Shown piece by piece: positions 31,264 through 41,087 of a stretch of 64,000 bases of DNA. Position 1 is the first letter of the stretch. Each line of letters begins with the position of its first letter. Source of the DNA: a virus (taxonomy: Duplodnaviria; Caudoviricetes); IMG/VR virus record IMGVR_UViG_2593339225_000003, positions 1 through 64,000 of that record. One strand, given 5' to 3'. The translations under genes were made by a program, and so were the position numbers. Under the pieces are notes generated by a model. It saw only the letters and a list, made by a program, of their open reading frames with translations. It searched no databases and was not told the origin of the DNA.

Positions 31264-31800
31264 TTAAATATTACAATTCTGTAAGAATTTATCCATATTG
31301 TATGTATATCGAGTCCGCGCCATTTGCTGTTCAATAATCACATACTGAACACCATATTTCTCCAAATCGTCATAATTAAAACTTTTCTTGGGTATCGCAT
31401 TTATGAGTTTATTGAACTCAGATATTTCAATAAAAACCGTCGTTTCGATTTTGCGGAACTCAATTACAAAACCACAAATAATTCCGTCGTACTCATTCCA
31501 TTCATTCAATCCCGCGATTTGGTGAAAATGTATCTCACCTTTTTCCTCTTTGGTTCTCTCAAACGAAATTGATTTTCCCGCCACGGTTTTCATTTCTAAT
31601 GCATATAAGATGCGTTTAGTTGAATCCCAAAGCAAAAAGTCGAATGGGTTGCGGCTGCTAAATCGTAAGTTGCCTCCGCCAAACGATTGCGGCGGGTCGG
31701 GCAAGCGATAAAGTAGGGCATAGCCCGGCACGGATTTCTTTATTTGTGTTTCAAATAGTTTCCCTATATTCATTTCTTCTTTGAACTGTGCTTTTGCCAT
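31264..31800 (-). CDS. RecU-like Holliday junction resolvase (PD-(D/E)xK)
   Basis: GKLFE, PFDF, ALEMKT and IHFHQI motifs match RecU. Confidence 0.75.
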   Translation of the reverse strand: MAKAQFKEEMNIGKLFETQIKKSVPGYALLYRLPDPPQSFGGGNLRFSSRNPFDFLLWDSTKRILYALEMKTVAGKSISFERTKEEKGEIHFHQIAGLNEWNEYDGIICGFVIEFRKIETTVFIEISEFNKLINAIPKKSFNYDDLEKYGVQYVIIEQQMARTRYTYNMDKFLQNCNI

Positions 31801-32003
31801 TGTTTGTAAATGTAAGCGGACTCAGATTTTAGAAACCAACAAGATATTCTGCCGGGCTTGGTTTCATTTTCAATTACAAACTTTGGTTGAACACCTTTTG
31901 TTGTGTAGAAAATAATTTGCGGTAAGTAGTCGATTGCTATGAGATTTTCCCGCCCATAACAATCAAACACATCTTCTAATGACTTAAATTGTAATGTTTT
32001 CAT
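31770..32003 (-). CDS. Small hypothetical protein
   Basis: 77-aa ORF with GGAG RBS. Confidence 0.55.
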   Translation of the reverse strand: MKTLQFKSLEDVFDCYGRENLIAIDYLPQIIFYTTKGVQPKFVIENETKPGRISCWFLKSESAYIYKQWQKHSSKKK

Positions 32004-32120
32004 TAATTCTCTCCTTAATTTTGACTATCATTAAACGCAAAAAGAAAAGGGAGACGTACCGATAATTAGTAGGTATCATCTCCCTTATATAAACTTAATA
32101 CAACTAACTTCGGCATATTA

Positions 32121-32378
32121 TCATTCTTGCGTTTCATTTGTTGTTTTCTTTGTTTTCTTTCTCTTTGGTTTCGATTTTGTTTCCTCGACTGTAACTTCCT
32201 TAACTTCTTCTACTGCCTCAGTATAGTCATCGGGTACAACGGTATATTTGCCGTCTTGATATTTCACTTTAATTTGGTTCGCTTTACGACCAATCGCGGG
32301 AAGTTGCACGTCAATTCCTTCAAAATCAACCACAGTTACACACTCGTTATTGAGCGTTACTCTGCAATTTTTAATCAT
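32121..32378 (-). CDS. Small hypothetical protein with Lys-rich tail
   Basis: 85-aa ORF with AGGAG RBS, followed by a hairpin at about 32044-32086. Confidence 0.6.
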   Translation of the reverse strand: MIKNCRVTLNNECVTVVDFEGIDVQLPAIGRKANQIKVKYQDGKYTVVPDDYTEAVEEVKEVTVEETKSKPKRKKTKKTTNETQE

Positions 32379-32389
32379 TTTTATTTCTC

Positions 32390-33652
32390 CTATCTGAACG
32401 GATTGCCAACAGTTTTGGTCGGGTATAGGATTTTGGCTTCGTTGAATTTTGCGCGGGTTATATATATAAACTTGTGATTTAAGTAGTTTTGTTCGCGTTG
32501 GATGGACTTGCGAATTTGTCTTGAATAAAATGTTTGGCGGGGAGTAGAAAGCGATTTTTCTGCCACGCCAGAACTGCGATAATAAGTATCATTCGTTATG
32601 CAATAAATAGGCTTTTGTTTATGGTCTATGCGATTTTGGGATTCTAAAATTTGCCGGCTCTCATTGATGTCGTAGGTACACCAGCCCAATTTCGCGCCCT
32701 TCTTTATATAGTTTTGAACTACACCATATGCAGTTTTGAAGTATTTTGCAATTTCTGGTATTGTAAGATGCGGATTTGCTTTTTTGTATTCACAAACTGC
32801 TTTTACAAGATTTGAAGTTGCAATCTCATCACATTTTTGCCAGTCTATTTGTTCCTCAGAAACATTTAGGCTTTCGAGTAGCCCAGATTTAATAATATTA
32901 TTTTTTATAAAATCACCATCGGATTCCGAGCAATCAATAGAAAAATATTTGTCAATACCATTTTCAAAAGCAATTTTTCTCTTATATCTATCGTTTTCCT
33001 GTTCTTCTTCTAAAGTCCGCGCTTTGGGATTTATTGGCTTTGAGTAATGTTGTTTGCCATTCATCTCAACAATTATTTTTTCATTATCATTTATATAAAA
33101 ATCATATCTTTTTGACTCTGACCAAGAAAAAGATTTCTCTTTTTCAAAGCAGATATTTAATTGTTCTAATAGCGCATACATATACTTATTAGGATAACTA
33201 ATTCCATCACCGCAAACACAAGCCAATGTCTTTGCCGAGCAAAAAGCCTTAATTTGCTTTTTATAAACCCTGCCACAATCGGGACATACTAATTCGACAA
33301 TTTCATTTGAATATTTTGTGTATTTCTGAGCCTCCGTTATTCCTTTTGGAAAGTATTTCACCATCCACGGTGCGGTAGTTGTTATATCGTTTACTCCCAC
33401 GACAACCTTTTTGGGTGGATGGCAACAAGCATTGCATCCACAGTGCATTTTCTCTCCCAAAACATACTCAACAGACCAATCTTCGTTACCGCAATCCAAA
33501 CATCTATATTTGTAAAACTTTTGATTGAGGTTATATGGTTTCCCATTTTTGTGGGCAATTTTAGGGCGGATTTCTCTGTCGATAATAATTAAATTACGGT
33601 CAAATGTGTCCACCTTATCTCCAATTTCTCTTTGAAATTTCAAAGTTGACAT
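32390..33652 (-). CDS. Free-standing homing endonuclease-like protein (Zn ribbons, Vsr/PD-(D/E)xK-like nuclease, HTH/NUMOD-like end)
   Basis: CxxC repeats, EKSFSW..RYDFY...IVEMNGKQHY nuclease motif, C-terminal KPIYCIT; inserted after the major tail gene terminator. Confidence 0.7.
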   Translation of the reverse strand: MSTLKFQREIGDKVDTFDRNLIIIDREIRPKIAHKNGKPYNLNQKFYKYRCLDCGNEDWSVEYVLGEKMHCGCNACCHPPKKVVVGVNDITTTAPWMVKYFPKGITEAQKYTKYSNEIVELVCPDCGRVYKKQIKAFCSAKTLACVCGDGISYPNKYMYALLEQLNICFEKEKSFSWSESKRYDFYINDNEKIIVEMNGKQHYSKPINPKARTLEEEQENDRYKRKIAFENGIDKYFSIDCSESDGDFIKNNIIKSGLLESLNVSEEQIDWQKCDEIATSNLVKAVCEYKKANPHLTIPEIAKYFKTAYGVVQNYIKKGAKLGWCTYDINESRQILESQNRIDHKQKPIYCITNDTYYRSSGVAEKSLSTPRQTFYSRQIRKSIQREQNYLNHKFIYITRAKFNEAKILYPTKTVGNPFR

Positions 33653-33713
33653 ATAATCATCCTTAATAAAAAAGCCGTGACAAGACAAACTCATCACGGC
33701 TTAAATTCAAATA

Positions 33714-34463
33714 TTATTCAGCATCGTCCTCAATTTCAATCATATCAACGAAATCACCATTAGCATCTTCGAGTAACGTGAACTGAGCTGAGATGGAAAC
33801 AGGCTCACCGTCAGAACTCAAAGCAATCTCAAAGTTTCTTTGAGGTGTAGCCTTGTAGAAAGTTTGCTTGAATGGTGTCAGAACGCCATCTTCATCCTTG
33901 TCAACAGTTGACATTGTAATAAAGTAATCCTTTGGAGTTCTCTTTGAATTGAAAGCAACTTTCTTAACACCAGTACGGTTAAGAATATAACTTACAGCAT
34001 ATTCGGTGTCTACTGCAATATCACCAGCAGTTGTGGCGGTAAATTTGCCTTCTGCAAAAGTACCAGCGATTACAGCAGTTTCATCACCAGCGGAATCGGC
34101 TGGATATGCAAATAAAGTGCCAGATTGAATTGTTCCATTGGTTGGAACTGTGATTGAAAGCTCACCAGCAGTAGTTGCCTTAATAATTTGAGTTTCACCA
34201 TATACAGCAGTAGTATCAATCTTACCGTCGCTAAATAAAGCGAACATCTTGAAAGGATATACCTGTGCTTCGATAGTTAGCGTACCTTCAGGAGAGTTCG
34301 GGAACGCAATACGGTTTGAACCCTTCGCTTTTGCATATACGCTATCAGCACTAATATTTGTTGTGGTTGTATTTGCAGTCTTAAAATCAAGGAATAATGC
34401 TTTGGTTTTCTTATCCTGAATCAGAACATCAGCCACTTGTCTATTAGCTCTGTTAATATCCAT
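33714..34463 (-). CDS. Major tail protein
   Basis: 249 aa, high-expression codon usage, followed by a terminator; position after head-tail genes. Confidence 0.75.
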   Translation of the reverse strand: MDINRANRQVADVLIQDKKTKALFLDFKTANTTTTNISADSVYAKAKGSNRIAFPNSPEGTLTIEAQVYPFKMFALFSDGKIDTTAVYGETQIIKATTAGELSITVPTNGTIQSGTLFAYPADSAGDETAVIAGTFAEGKFTATTAGDIAVDTEYAVSYILNRTGVKKVAFNSKRTPKDYFITMSTVDKDEDGVLTPFKQTFYKATPQRNFEIALSSDGEPVSISAQFTLLEDANGDFVDMIEIEDDAE

Positions 34464-34535
34464 AGTTTTCCTCCTTGTTATATTTGAGTATTAAAAAAGA
34501 GCCTTTCGGCTCGTGTTTAGTGAATCCGCGAGGAT

Positions 34536-35336
34536 TCATTTTTTATCAAAATCATTTTTATACCACCGAGCGGGGTCAAACGTGTTTTTCTCGTCGCCCC
34601 AAACGGCAACTCTCGTCCATTCAATTTCATAAATAGACCCTTCACGCATACGCCCGAAATTATCCAATAACTGGAAAATAGTTAAATCCCAAATGTTTGT
34701 ATAATTCAGGGAATAATGTTTAGCAGTCACCGCCGAAATTACATTGGGCAAAGTTAAATTCTTATCTGCCCTTTTATTTCGTTCTCGCTCGCCTTCTTTG
34801 ATTTGATAGTATAATCTTTCCGCGATTTTGTTCTTGAACTTGGGGATTTCTTCTTCCTCCTCTGCAATACAACACACTTGCTGTATATAGTTCAAGATTT
34901 CCGAAAAGTTATGTGAATCTATAACCCCGACAATATCTTCACGCTGCGGAGTATCAATCGAATAATCCTTGTCTGGATTAACCAAAACAAACACTCCTTC
35001 AACAAATAAAACCGTTTCCTCGAAAAAGAAGTTGAACACTTCCAAGAAGTTTTGCATTAATGTTGGATTGAGTTGTATTAAATCATATACAGTCAACTCG
35101 CGCTTTTCTTCTTCGGACAGAGAATCCCAAAATTCCTGTCCTTTTTCAACCTCGGCTTTTGTAAAAAATTCTTTGGGGGTCATAGAGATTAAAAACTCAT
35201 AAAACATAAACTTCGTAAATGACATTGCCGGCTTAGATTTTGGGTCTGCAATGTCCCGCAGTTTAGGTTTCCTCAACATTCCCACAGACAGCGGAATAGG
35301 GAATGGAGAGATTTGTGTACCGTAATCAAATCTCAT
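34536..35336 (-). CDS. Conserved morphogenesis protein
   Basis: 266-aa ORF with NIWDLTIFQL motif, between neck genes and the major tail gene. Confidence 0.55.
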   Translation of the reverse strand: MRFDYGTQISPFPIPLSVGMLRKPKLRDIADPKSKPAMSFTKFMFYEFLISMTPKEFFTKAEVEKGQEFWDSLSEEEKRELTVYDLIQLNPTLMQNFLEVFNFFFEETVLFVEGVFVLVNPDKDYSIDTPQREDIVGVIDSHNFSEILNYIQQVCCIAEEEEEIPKFKNKIAERLYYQIKEGERERNKRADKNLTLPNVISAVTAKHYSLNYTNIWDLTIFQLLDNFGRMREGSIYEIEWTRVAVWGDEKNTFDPARWYKNDFDKK

Positions 35337-35821
35337 CGGAAGTTAGGCACTACGAATGTCATAACGCATCCGTATAAATAACGACCATTAAAGGGTTCTA
35401 CGCCGTCCAATTTCAAATCCCCAATGCCGAAATCTCGCACCACTTTTTCATCATTGATTAGGCAATCTTCAACCATTTGTGAAAGAATATCCGCGCGGTT
35501 TCCGTAATAACCCTCTTTTGAATAATTATCAAGTATGTCGCGGTGACACACGACATACATCATAACCGTGCAAGTTTTTATATTCTCTCTCATATATGTT
35601 AAAGCCACGTCATAAAATATATAGGATTGCGTATCTTGTATGACTTCATCAACAAATAGGTGCGACTTGACGTGTTCCTTAAATAATTTTCGCACCTCGC
35701 TTGAAGTCATCCCCGAAACGTCACCAAGTAATACTTCTTTAATTCCGTCACTATGGTAGAGGGCATTATGGATTTTATTTTTGAATTTTCCGCGCTCGGA
35801 AGTATCTTTCTTCATATTCAT
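35333..35821 (-). CDS. Tail terminator-like protein
   Basis: 162 aa, NRADIL motif; synteny. Confidence 0.5.
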   Translation of the reverse strand: MNMKKDTSERGKFKNKIHNALYHSDGIKEVLLGDVSGMTSSEVRKLFKEHVKSHLFVDEVIQDTQSYIFYDVALTYMRENIKTCTVMMYVVCHRDILDNYSKEGYYGNRADILSQMVEDCLINDEKVVRDFGIGDLKLDGVEPFNGRYLYGCVMTFVVPNFR

Positions 35822-35833
35822 ATCCGCCCCTCC

Positions 35834-36904
35834 TTACAGAAATCCTTTAATCGTGACAACTAACTTGGCTGTTTCGTATTCAAACGCACTTAATGATAAC
35901 TCAAACGATTTATTGAGCAACTTTTCGTTGTTGACAGAAATACTGATTGAATTATCTATGTACTGAATATCAAGGTCATTCTTAAAATCACAGTTAATAC
36001 TCCATTGTGGGCTTGCCGCGATTTCTTTCCCAGCCTCGTCATAGAACTTCGCCAAGAACACGCTTGGTTCAAGTCCGTTATAAATGACGGGTTCTTCGCA
36101 TACGATTTCGCACGATAAACTGTTCGTTTTATCGTCATTTTCGGCGGGAATATCACATAACCAATATCCCTTACCGTCAATCACATAATAACCATCATTA
36201 TCGTGCTGTTCTTCTTGCGTAATCATATATTCTGAATGACCGCTTTTTTGATAATCATATAACACATTGTCTGTACGAGTAATAAAGTAAGTTATAAGTG
36301 GTTTCGATGTATCAACTGTTACATCCGGCGAGAACGACTTTTCATATAATTTGCAACGCTTATCAATAACAAAACGTTTTCTGTGCGGCAACGCAATACA
36401 TTCATCATCATTAGGCATTATTAGCAATAATTGGTCTGTTCGTATAAAGGCATATTGGTCACTCGTTTCACCTGTATTATATTGTGAAGCAGAGGTAATA
36501 TTTGCCCACCTTTGAACAATCTGTTTGCGGTCGTTTAACCACGTTATATAATAATTACACAATGCTAAAACCGCTTTGCCATAGATACCATTGTCGTCCT
36601 CTAATCCGACAATAATCCAATATCTTTCTTTATAGTAAACATATTGCCCCGCTCGGCATAAACCGATAGGGAACAGCATTTGCCGCGAGATAGAGTTAAG
36701 TTTTGTATCTTGCACTTTGCCGTTCATAATAACTCTTGCGGGTGTTCTTTCCGTCAAATCATAATTACATATCTCAACACTTTCAGCCATTGCGGATTGC
36801 AACGCTTCCTCAAAACCATCTTTTGCAAAATTCTCAAAATCCTCTGTTTCAAATCCACTAACTGTATCGTGATTAGTGTTCATTAAATACCATTCTTGTG
36901 CCAT
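35834..36904 (-). CDS. Head-closure/neck protein
   Basis: 356 aa; GQYV..YWII...LCNY motif; synteny. Confidence 0.55.
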   Translation of the reverse strand: MAQEWYLMNTNHDTVSGFETEDFENFAKDGFEEALQSAMAESVEICNYDLTERTPARVIMNGKVQDTKLNSISRQMLFPIGLCRAGQYVYYKERYWIIVGLEDDNGIYGKAVLALCNYYITWLNDRKQIVQRWANITSASQYNTGETSDQYAFIRTDQLLLIMPNDDECIALPHRKRFVIDKRCKLYEKSFSPDVTVDTSKPLITYFITRTDNVLYDYQKSGHSEYMITQEEQHDNDGYYVIDGKGYWLCDIPAENDDKTNSLSCEIVCEEPVIYNGLEPSVFLAKFYDEAGKEIAASPQWSINCDFKNDLDIQYIDNSISISVNNEKLLNKSFELSLSAFEYETAKLVVTIKGFL

Positions 36905-36915
36905 TCAATCACCGC

Positions 36916-37305
36916 CTAATTATAAGCAGTAGGCTTTTGGTTCGCAATCATCTGTTCACTTTGAGAATCGCAATAATCCAATTCCTCTTTGACGGCTGCT
37001 TTGCCGCCCTGACCCATAGTTATACTTACATCTTTACCAGTTATGGAAACCTGCTTATTTATCCTCGAAACCTCGCGCTCCTGATAACTTTGTTTCATAA
37101 AGGCAGCTAATGTATCAATGGAATATTGGTCGAGTTCTCGGTCAAATTCCATCATATCTGAATCAAAGCTAATAGGGGAAAGTTCGATTGAATATCTACC
37201 AACCGCTTTCTTTAACCACACGATTTCAAGGGCTTCGGGAATGACAACTTTATCTTTGAATGAACTCTCAAAGCTGTCAAAAACATCACTTGCGGTAGTA
37301 TTCAT
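36916..37305 (-). CDS. Head-tail adaptor-like protein
   Basis: 129-aa helical protein downstream of the capsid gene. Confidence 0.5.
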   Translation of the reverse strand: MNTTASDVFDSFESSFKDKVVIPEALEIVWLKKAVGRYSIELSPISFDSDMMEFDRELDQYSIDTLAAFMKQSYQEREVSRINKQVSITGKDVSITMGQGGKAAVKEELDYCDSQSEQMIANQKPTAYN

Positions 37306-37329
37306 TCACAAGCACCTTCCTTCTTGGTT

Positions 37330-37869
37330 TTATCTCAACGGATAGCCCGTGTATTTTGAAGCGTAAACAATCTTGCGATAGTCGTTGAATCCAAGACGTT
37401 CAATAGCCTCGTTTAGCGCATATTTCTCCGCGCTTGTTGCAATATAGTTGGGAAGCTCCTGCTCAAATTCAGATTGTGACATAGCAAACAATTTCCTCGC
37501 TATATCGTCAGTAAAGATTTTTTGCGGCTCATCTGCCGTTTCAAAACCAAGCCAAATACGAGTAGCCTTATCCTCAATATAAATAGTGGCGTGGCTACCA
37601 TTTCCGTCAGTTCCGCTAAACAGTTTATTGCCATTATAAATCTGTGCCTGAATTTCGTTTCTCGGCAATCTCTGCTTACTCTTTTTAGTGAGCAATACGT
37701 CGCCCTCTCTGTTTCTCAGTGCAAAAGTTACATTCCAACCCGCGATATTGTGGATAACAACGCTTTTATCTAAATCCTTGTCATCAAAATCCACGGTTTC
37801 AACTATATCTTCATTTGCTGCGGCTTTCTTTGTCGCAGTCTTTTTGACTTTTGTTTCTGCCATTTTCAA
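37330..37869 (-). CDS. Hypothetical head-module protein
   Basis: 179-aa ORF with RBS. Confidence 0.55.
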   Translation of the reverse strand: MKMAETKVKKTATKKAAANEDIVETVDFDDKDLDKSVVIHNIAGWNVTFALRNREGDVLLTKKSKQRLPRNEIQAQIYNGNKLFSGTDGNGSHATIYIEDKATRIWLGFETADEPQKIFTDDIARKLFAMSQSEFEQELPNYIATSAEKYALNEAIERLGFNDYRKIVYASKYTGYPLR

Positions 37870-37930
37870 TACCTCGTTTCAATTATTATTCAGCCCGTCC
37901 CGCGCGGGATAGACTGTTTTGTGATTTCAA

Positions 37931-38116
37931 CTAAATAGTATGTTTAACCTCATTGTATAAGGCGATTATCTTATCAAGCCTCTCATTTTTTCTGAAAATC
38001 CAATATCTTGTATTGCTTACAGAATTAATCTTTGAAGCATAGCACTTCTCCGAAAAGGCTGATATAAAATGATATAATCTCAGAGAATAACAGTAAAAAT
38101 TAACATTATTTTGCAT
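37931..38116 (-). CDS. Small hypothetical protein (DUF5659-like)
   Basis: FYCYSLRL...YWIF pattern; AGGAG RBS. Confidence 0.5.
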   Translation of the reverse strand: MQNNVNFYCYSLRLYHFISAFSEKCYASKINSVSNTRYWIFRKNERLDKIIALYNEVKHTI

Positions 38117-38182
38117 TGGATTTTTCTCCTAACAAGAGCGGGTATCTCAATTAAGAAATACCCGCCCAAAATTTATCAGCAA

Positions 38183-39289
38183 TTAAAGAGTGCTAAGATT
38201 TGTGTCCATAAGAACACCGATTTGATGCTCTTTACCTTTTGCTACGTCCGCAGCTACCTCGGTATCGAACCTTGTGATGTACTTACCAGTCTTGACATCC
38301 TCACCAGTCATAGAAGTCAATCCGCCACGCAACCAAGTCTTAATGGGTGACTGACCGCCAGTAGGAACAACAAAGCCAAGACCTTCAGGCATTAACTTAG
38401 CGAAGTTAGTACCATCAGCAATAAGCTCGTACTCATTGTAAGGATTGGGAACTTCAACGATGTTTGCACCGTTGTATGTAGCAAGCAAACCGCGAGAAGC
38501 AATCTCGTTCATAGTCTTTTCAGAAATACCAGTGATGGTGTTGCTGTTGATAGAACCAACATAACCAGCCCACGGAGTAAACTGACCTACAAGACCATAA
38601 GCACCGAATACAGTGGGTTTGCCGTTAGGACGTACCTTGTTGATAACGTCGTCAGCACCAGCCTTTGTAAGACCAGCAGCCTCTACCCAATACTTAACGC
38701 CAGTAGCGTTCTTAATTGCATTGTAAACAGTAACAAGAACATACTTGATTGTCTTGTTGTAAATCTGAGTCTTAACAAGAGCAAGACCCTCGTTTTCGTA
38801 CTGCATATCACCAAGAGCTACCCTACGATAGTCAACAGCGTAACCACCAGAGATGGTCTGTGTGCCAACAGGGTATCTCTCTTTTGCAACAGCAATAAAG
38901 GGAACGTCGCCATTATTAGCTTGCTCACGCGCACCCTCACCTACGAAACCAGGAACTTCACGCTCAATAGACTCGTCGAAACCAACCTGTTCAAAAGAAC
39001 CGAAAAGACCAAGCAGTTTCATTTCCTTTAGAACAGCGGGTTCAATAACATAACGTCTAATAGTGTTCAACTCTGCAACAGCAGCAGTGTCGCCACTCTC
39101 AGCTCTTTCGCCGAGTTTCTTAATGTAAGCAACAGCCTTGTCAGCCTTTGCGCCGAACTTGCCAACTTCTTCACCATTAACCATAGCAGAGAAAATCTCT
39201 ACAACAGCGGAATGAGCGTGAAGGTCAGAGTTGGTAATATAGTTAGCGTCTTTACGCGCATTATTAAGTTCAATAGTAGTATTAAACAT
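38183..39289 (-). CDS. Major capsid protein
   Basis: 368 aa, strongly biased codon usage, follows protease/scaffold and decoration genes; hairpin at 38136-38167. Confidence 0.8.
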   Translation of the reverse strand: MFNTTIELNNARKDANYITNSDLHAHSAVVEIFSAMVNGEEVGKFGAKADKAVAYIKKLGERAESGDTAAVAELNTIRRYVIEPAVLKEMKLLGLFGSFEQVGFDESIEREVPGFVGEGAREQANNGDVPFIAVAKERYPVGTQTISGGYAVDYRRVALGDMQYENEGLALVKTQIYNKTIKYVLVTVYNAIKNATGVKYWVEAAGLTKAGADDVINKVRPNGKPTVFGAYGLVGQFTPWAGYVGSINSNTITGISEKTMNEIASRGLLATYNGANIVEVPNPYNEYELIADGTNFAKLMPEGLGFVVPTGGQSPIKTWLRGGLTSMTGEDVKTGKYITRFDTEVAADVAKGKEHQIGVLMDTNLSTL

Positions 39290-39321
39290 AAGTCACAACT
39301 TCCTTTCTATAAAAGTTTTAA

Positions 39322-39759
39322 TTACTCAGTCGCATCAGCAACACAAACCTTAACTTCAAAAGCAGCCTCGGTTAGTCTAATGCCAGTTTTGGTAACAGTG
39401 AAATACACGCCGCTGCCGGGAGCAGACTCCGCAACAGCCAGTTTGCCATCGTTACCAACAGTTAAAATATCTTCTTCCTCAATATCTGCAACGGTTTTGC
39501 CAGAAGCATATGTAACGTGTTTGCCATCAACAATCAGTTTCAAGCCTTCGATACTCTTAACGTCAATTCCTCTTAGGTATTCGCCAGCAGGAATAGTAAT
39601 ATCGTCAACATAAGAATCATCGCCATTGATGATGTTCATAATAAGATAAAGAGTTCCTTCGTAAGTAAGGAAAGTATAATTTGCTACTGCGCTTTCAGAA
39701 GTGATAGTAGGGTCATTCTTGGCAGCGATGCCAGCACCCAAAGTTGCAAATTTAATCAT
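39322..39759 (-). CDS. Capsid decoration/cement-like protein
   Basis: 145 aa, beta-rich, between scaffold and capsid genes. Confidence 0.55.
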   Translation of the reverse strand: MIKFATLGAGIAAKNDPTITSESAVANYTFLTYEGTLYLIMNIINGDDSYVDDITIPAGEYLRGIDVKSIEGLKLIVDGKHVTYASGKTVADIEEEDILTVGNDGKLAVAESAPGSGVYFTVTKTGIRLTEAAFEVKVCVADATE

Positions 39760-39785
39760 TTGTCATCTTCCTTTCTATTTGTAAA

Positions 39786-40994
39786 TTAAGCAAAAATATC
39801 GACATCTTCCTCAACAGCAGGAGTATTAACTTCTACTGCGGCAAAAATGTCCTCAACTTGTGTTTTAGCCGCGTTCTGTTCGGCAACCTTTTTGTCGGTT
39901 TCTGCCTTCGCGGTTTTACCAATGCCCTCGTAAATCTTGCTAACAACGGAATTGATTTCAACGTTTTCAGGGTCAGCAGTAAAGGCTTCGATTTCAGCCT
40001 TTGCATATTCTTTCTCTGTGTCAGAGAACTTAGCAATCGCAGCGTTCATTTCGCCGATAAGCTCCTTAGCCTTTGCTTCGCCAAGAGCCTTATCAAGAGC
40101 TTCTTTGGCAGCCCAAAGTTCAGAATACTTCTGATTCAGCTCTTTGTAATCAGATTCCCACTTTTCGATAGCTGCGTGTAACTCGTCAACAGTGGCTTGC
40201 AATTCGTTCTTTTCAACGATAGCAGCATCAGTAGCGGCATTAGCATCAGCAACCTTTTTATCGCAATCTTCTTTGCATTGGTTGATTTCAACCTCTGCAT
40301 TTGTATATGCAGAAACGGTCTGCTCGACAAGAGCTTTAATTTCAGCTTCGGTCATAGTCGTTTCCTCCTTGTTTTGTGAATTTAATTCCAATAACTTAGC
40401 TGCGGAATCACTTGGTTTTATGCCAATTAGCGCATATCCACTGTGAATGAATTTCATCGGGATTCTTCCTAAATCTTTGTAACCATACTTATAAACAATT
40501 CTGTCCTCATCTTCCGCCCGCATAATTTCCACGCTGCCCTGTGGATAAATGCCTTGCGCAATATCTTCGTCAAGTTTGTCACAGAAATTCTTATAACAAC
40601 TGGAATCTATCTCTCCTTCGCCGATACAAGCCAAAATCGTTTCACCGTTTTCATCTTCAATTTCTTGGATATAACCTTTGGTGAATCTACCGATTGTGGT
40701 CGCGTTTTCAAAGATAGGTACTCCATCTTCGATTTCAGTCATTCCGTGTCCGCAAATTTCAGTTCTATCCTCGTCTAAAAACTCACAACGCAGAAACATA
40801 CCCTCAATACTGCCTAATGCTTGTTCACAATATTCTCTTATCCAAGTGATACCATTTAGGTTATACTCAGTACCCACTTCGTTTTCTTCGTCAATGCAGC
40901 TATCGGGTTGAATCTTATACAACACGAGTTTGAATTTGCGCCGACCATTTTGACCTTTCTTTTTAGACTCGCTAAAAATCTCAAATGTTTTCAT
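39786..40994 (-). CDS. Prohead protease-scaffold fusion
   Basis: N-terminal globular domain (GHG, GSVEI) plus acidic Ala/Glu/Lys coiled-coil C-terminus. Confidence 0.7.
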   Translation of the reverse strand: MKTFEIFSESKKKGQNGRRKFKLVLYKIQPDSCIDEENEVGTEYNLNGITWIREYCEQALGSIEGMFLRCEFLDEDRTEICGHGMTEIEDGVPIFENATTIGRFTKGYIQEIEDENGETILACIGEGEIDSSCYKNFCDKLDEDIAQGIYPQGSVEIMRAEDEDRIVYKYGYKDLGRIPMKFIHSGYALIGIKPSDSAAKLLELNSQNKEETTMTEAEIKALVEQTVSAYTNAEVEINQCKEDCDKKVADANAATDAAIVEKNELQATVDELHAAIEKWESDYKELNQKYSELWAAKEALDKALGEAKAKELIGEMNAAIAKFSDTEKEYAKAEIEAFTADPENVEINSVVSKIYEGIGKTAKAETDKKVAEQNAAKTQVEDIFAAVEVNTPAVEEDVDIFA

Positions 40995-41087
40995 TCATCT
41001 TCACCGCCTTTCTTTGGAATTTTGTATATATGAAAAAGGTAATAAAATTTACCTTTTATCAACAAAAAAAAGCACCCATTGGGTGCA

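Noticed and set aside
32390-33697. Endonuclease as an intron- or intein-encoded element
   Set aside because: Flanking genes look intact and it follows a terminator, so it is treated as free-standing.
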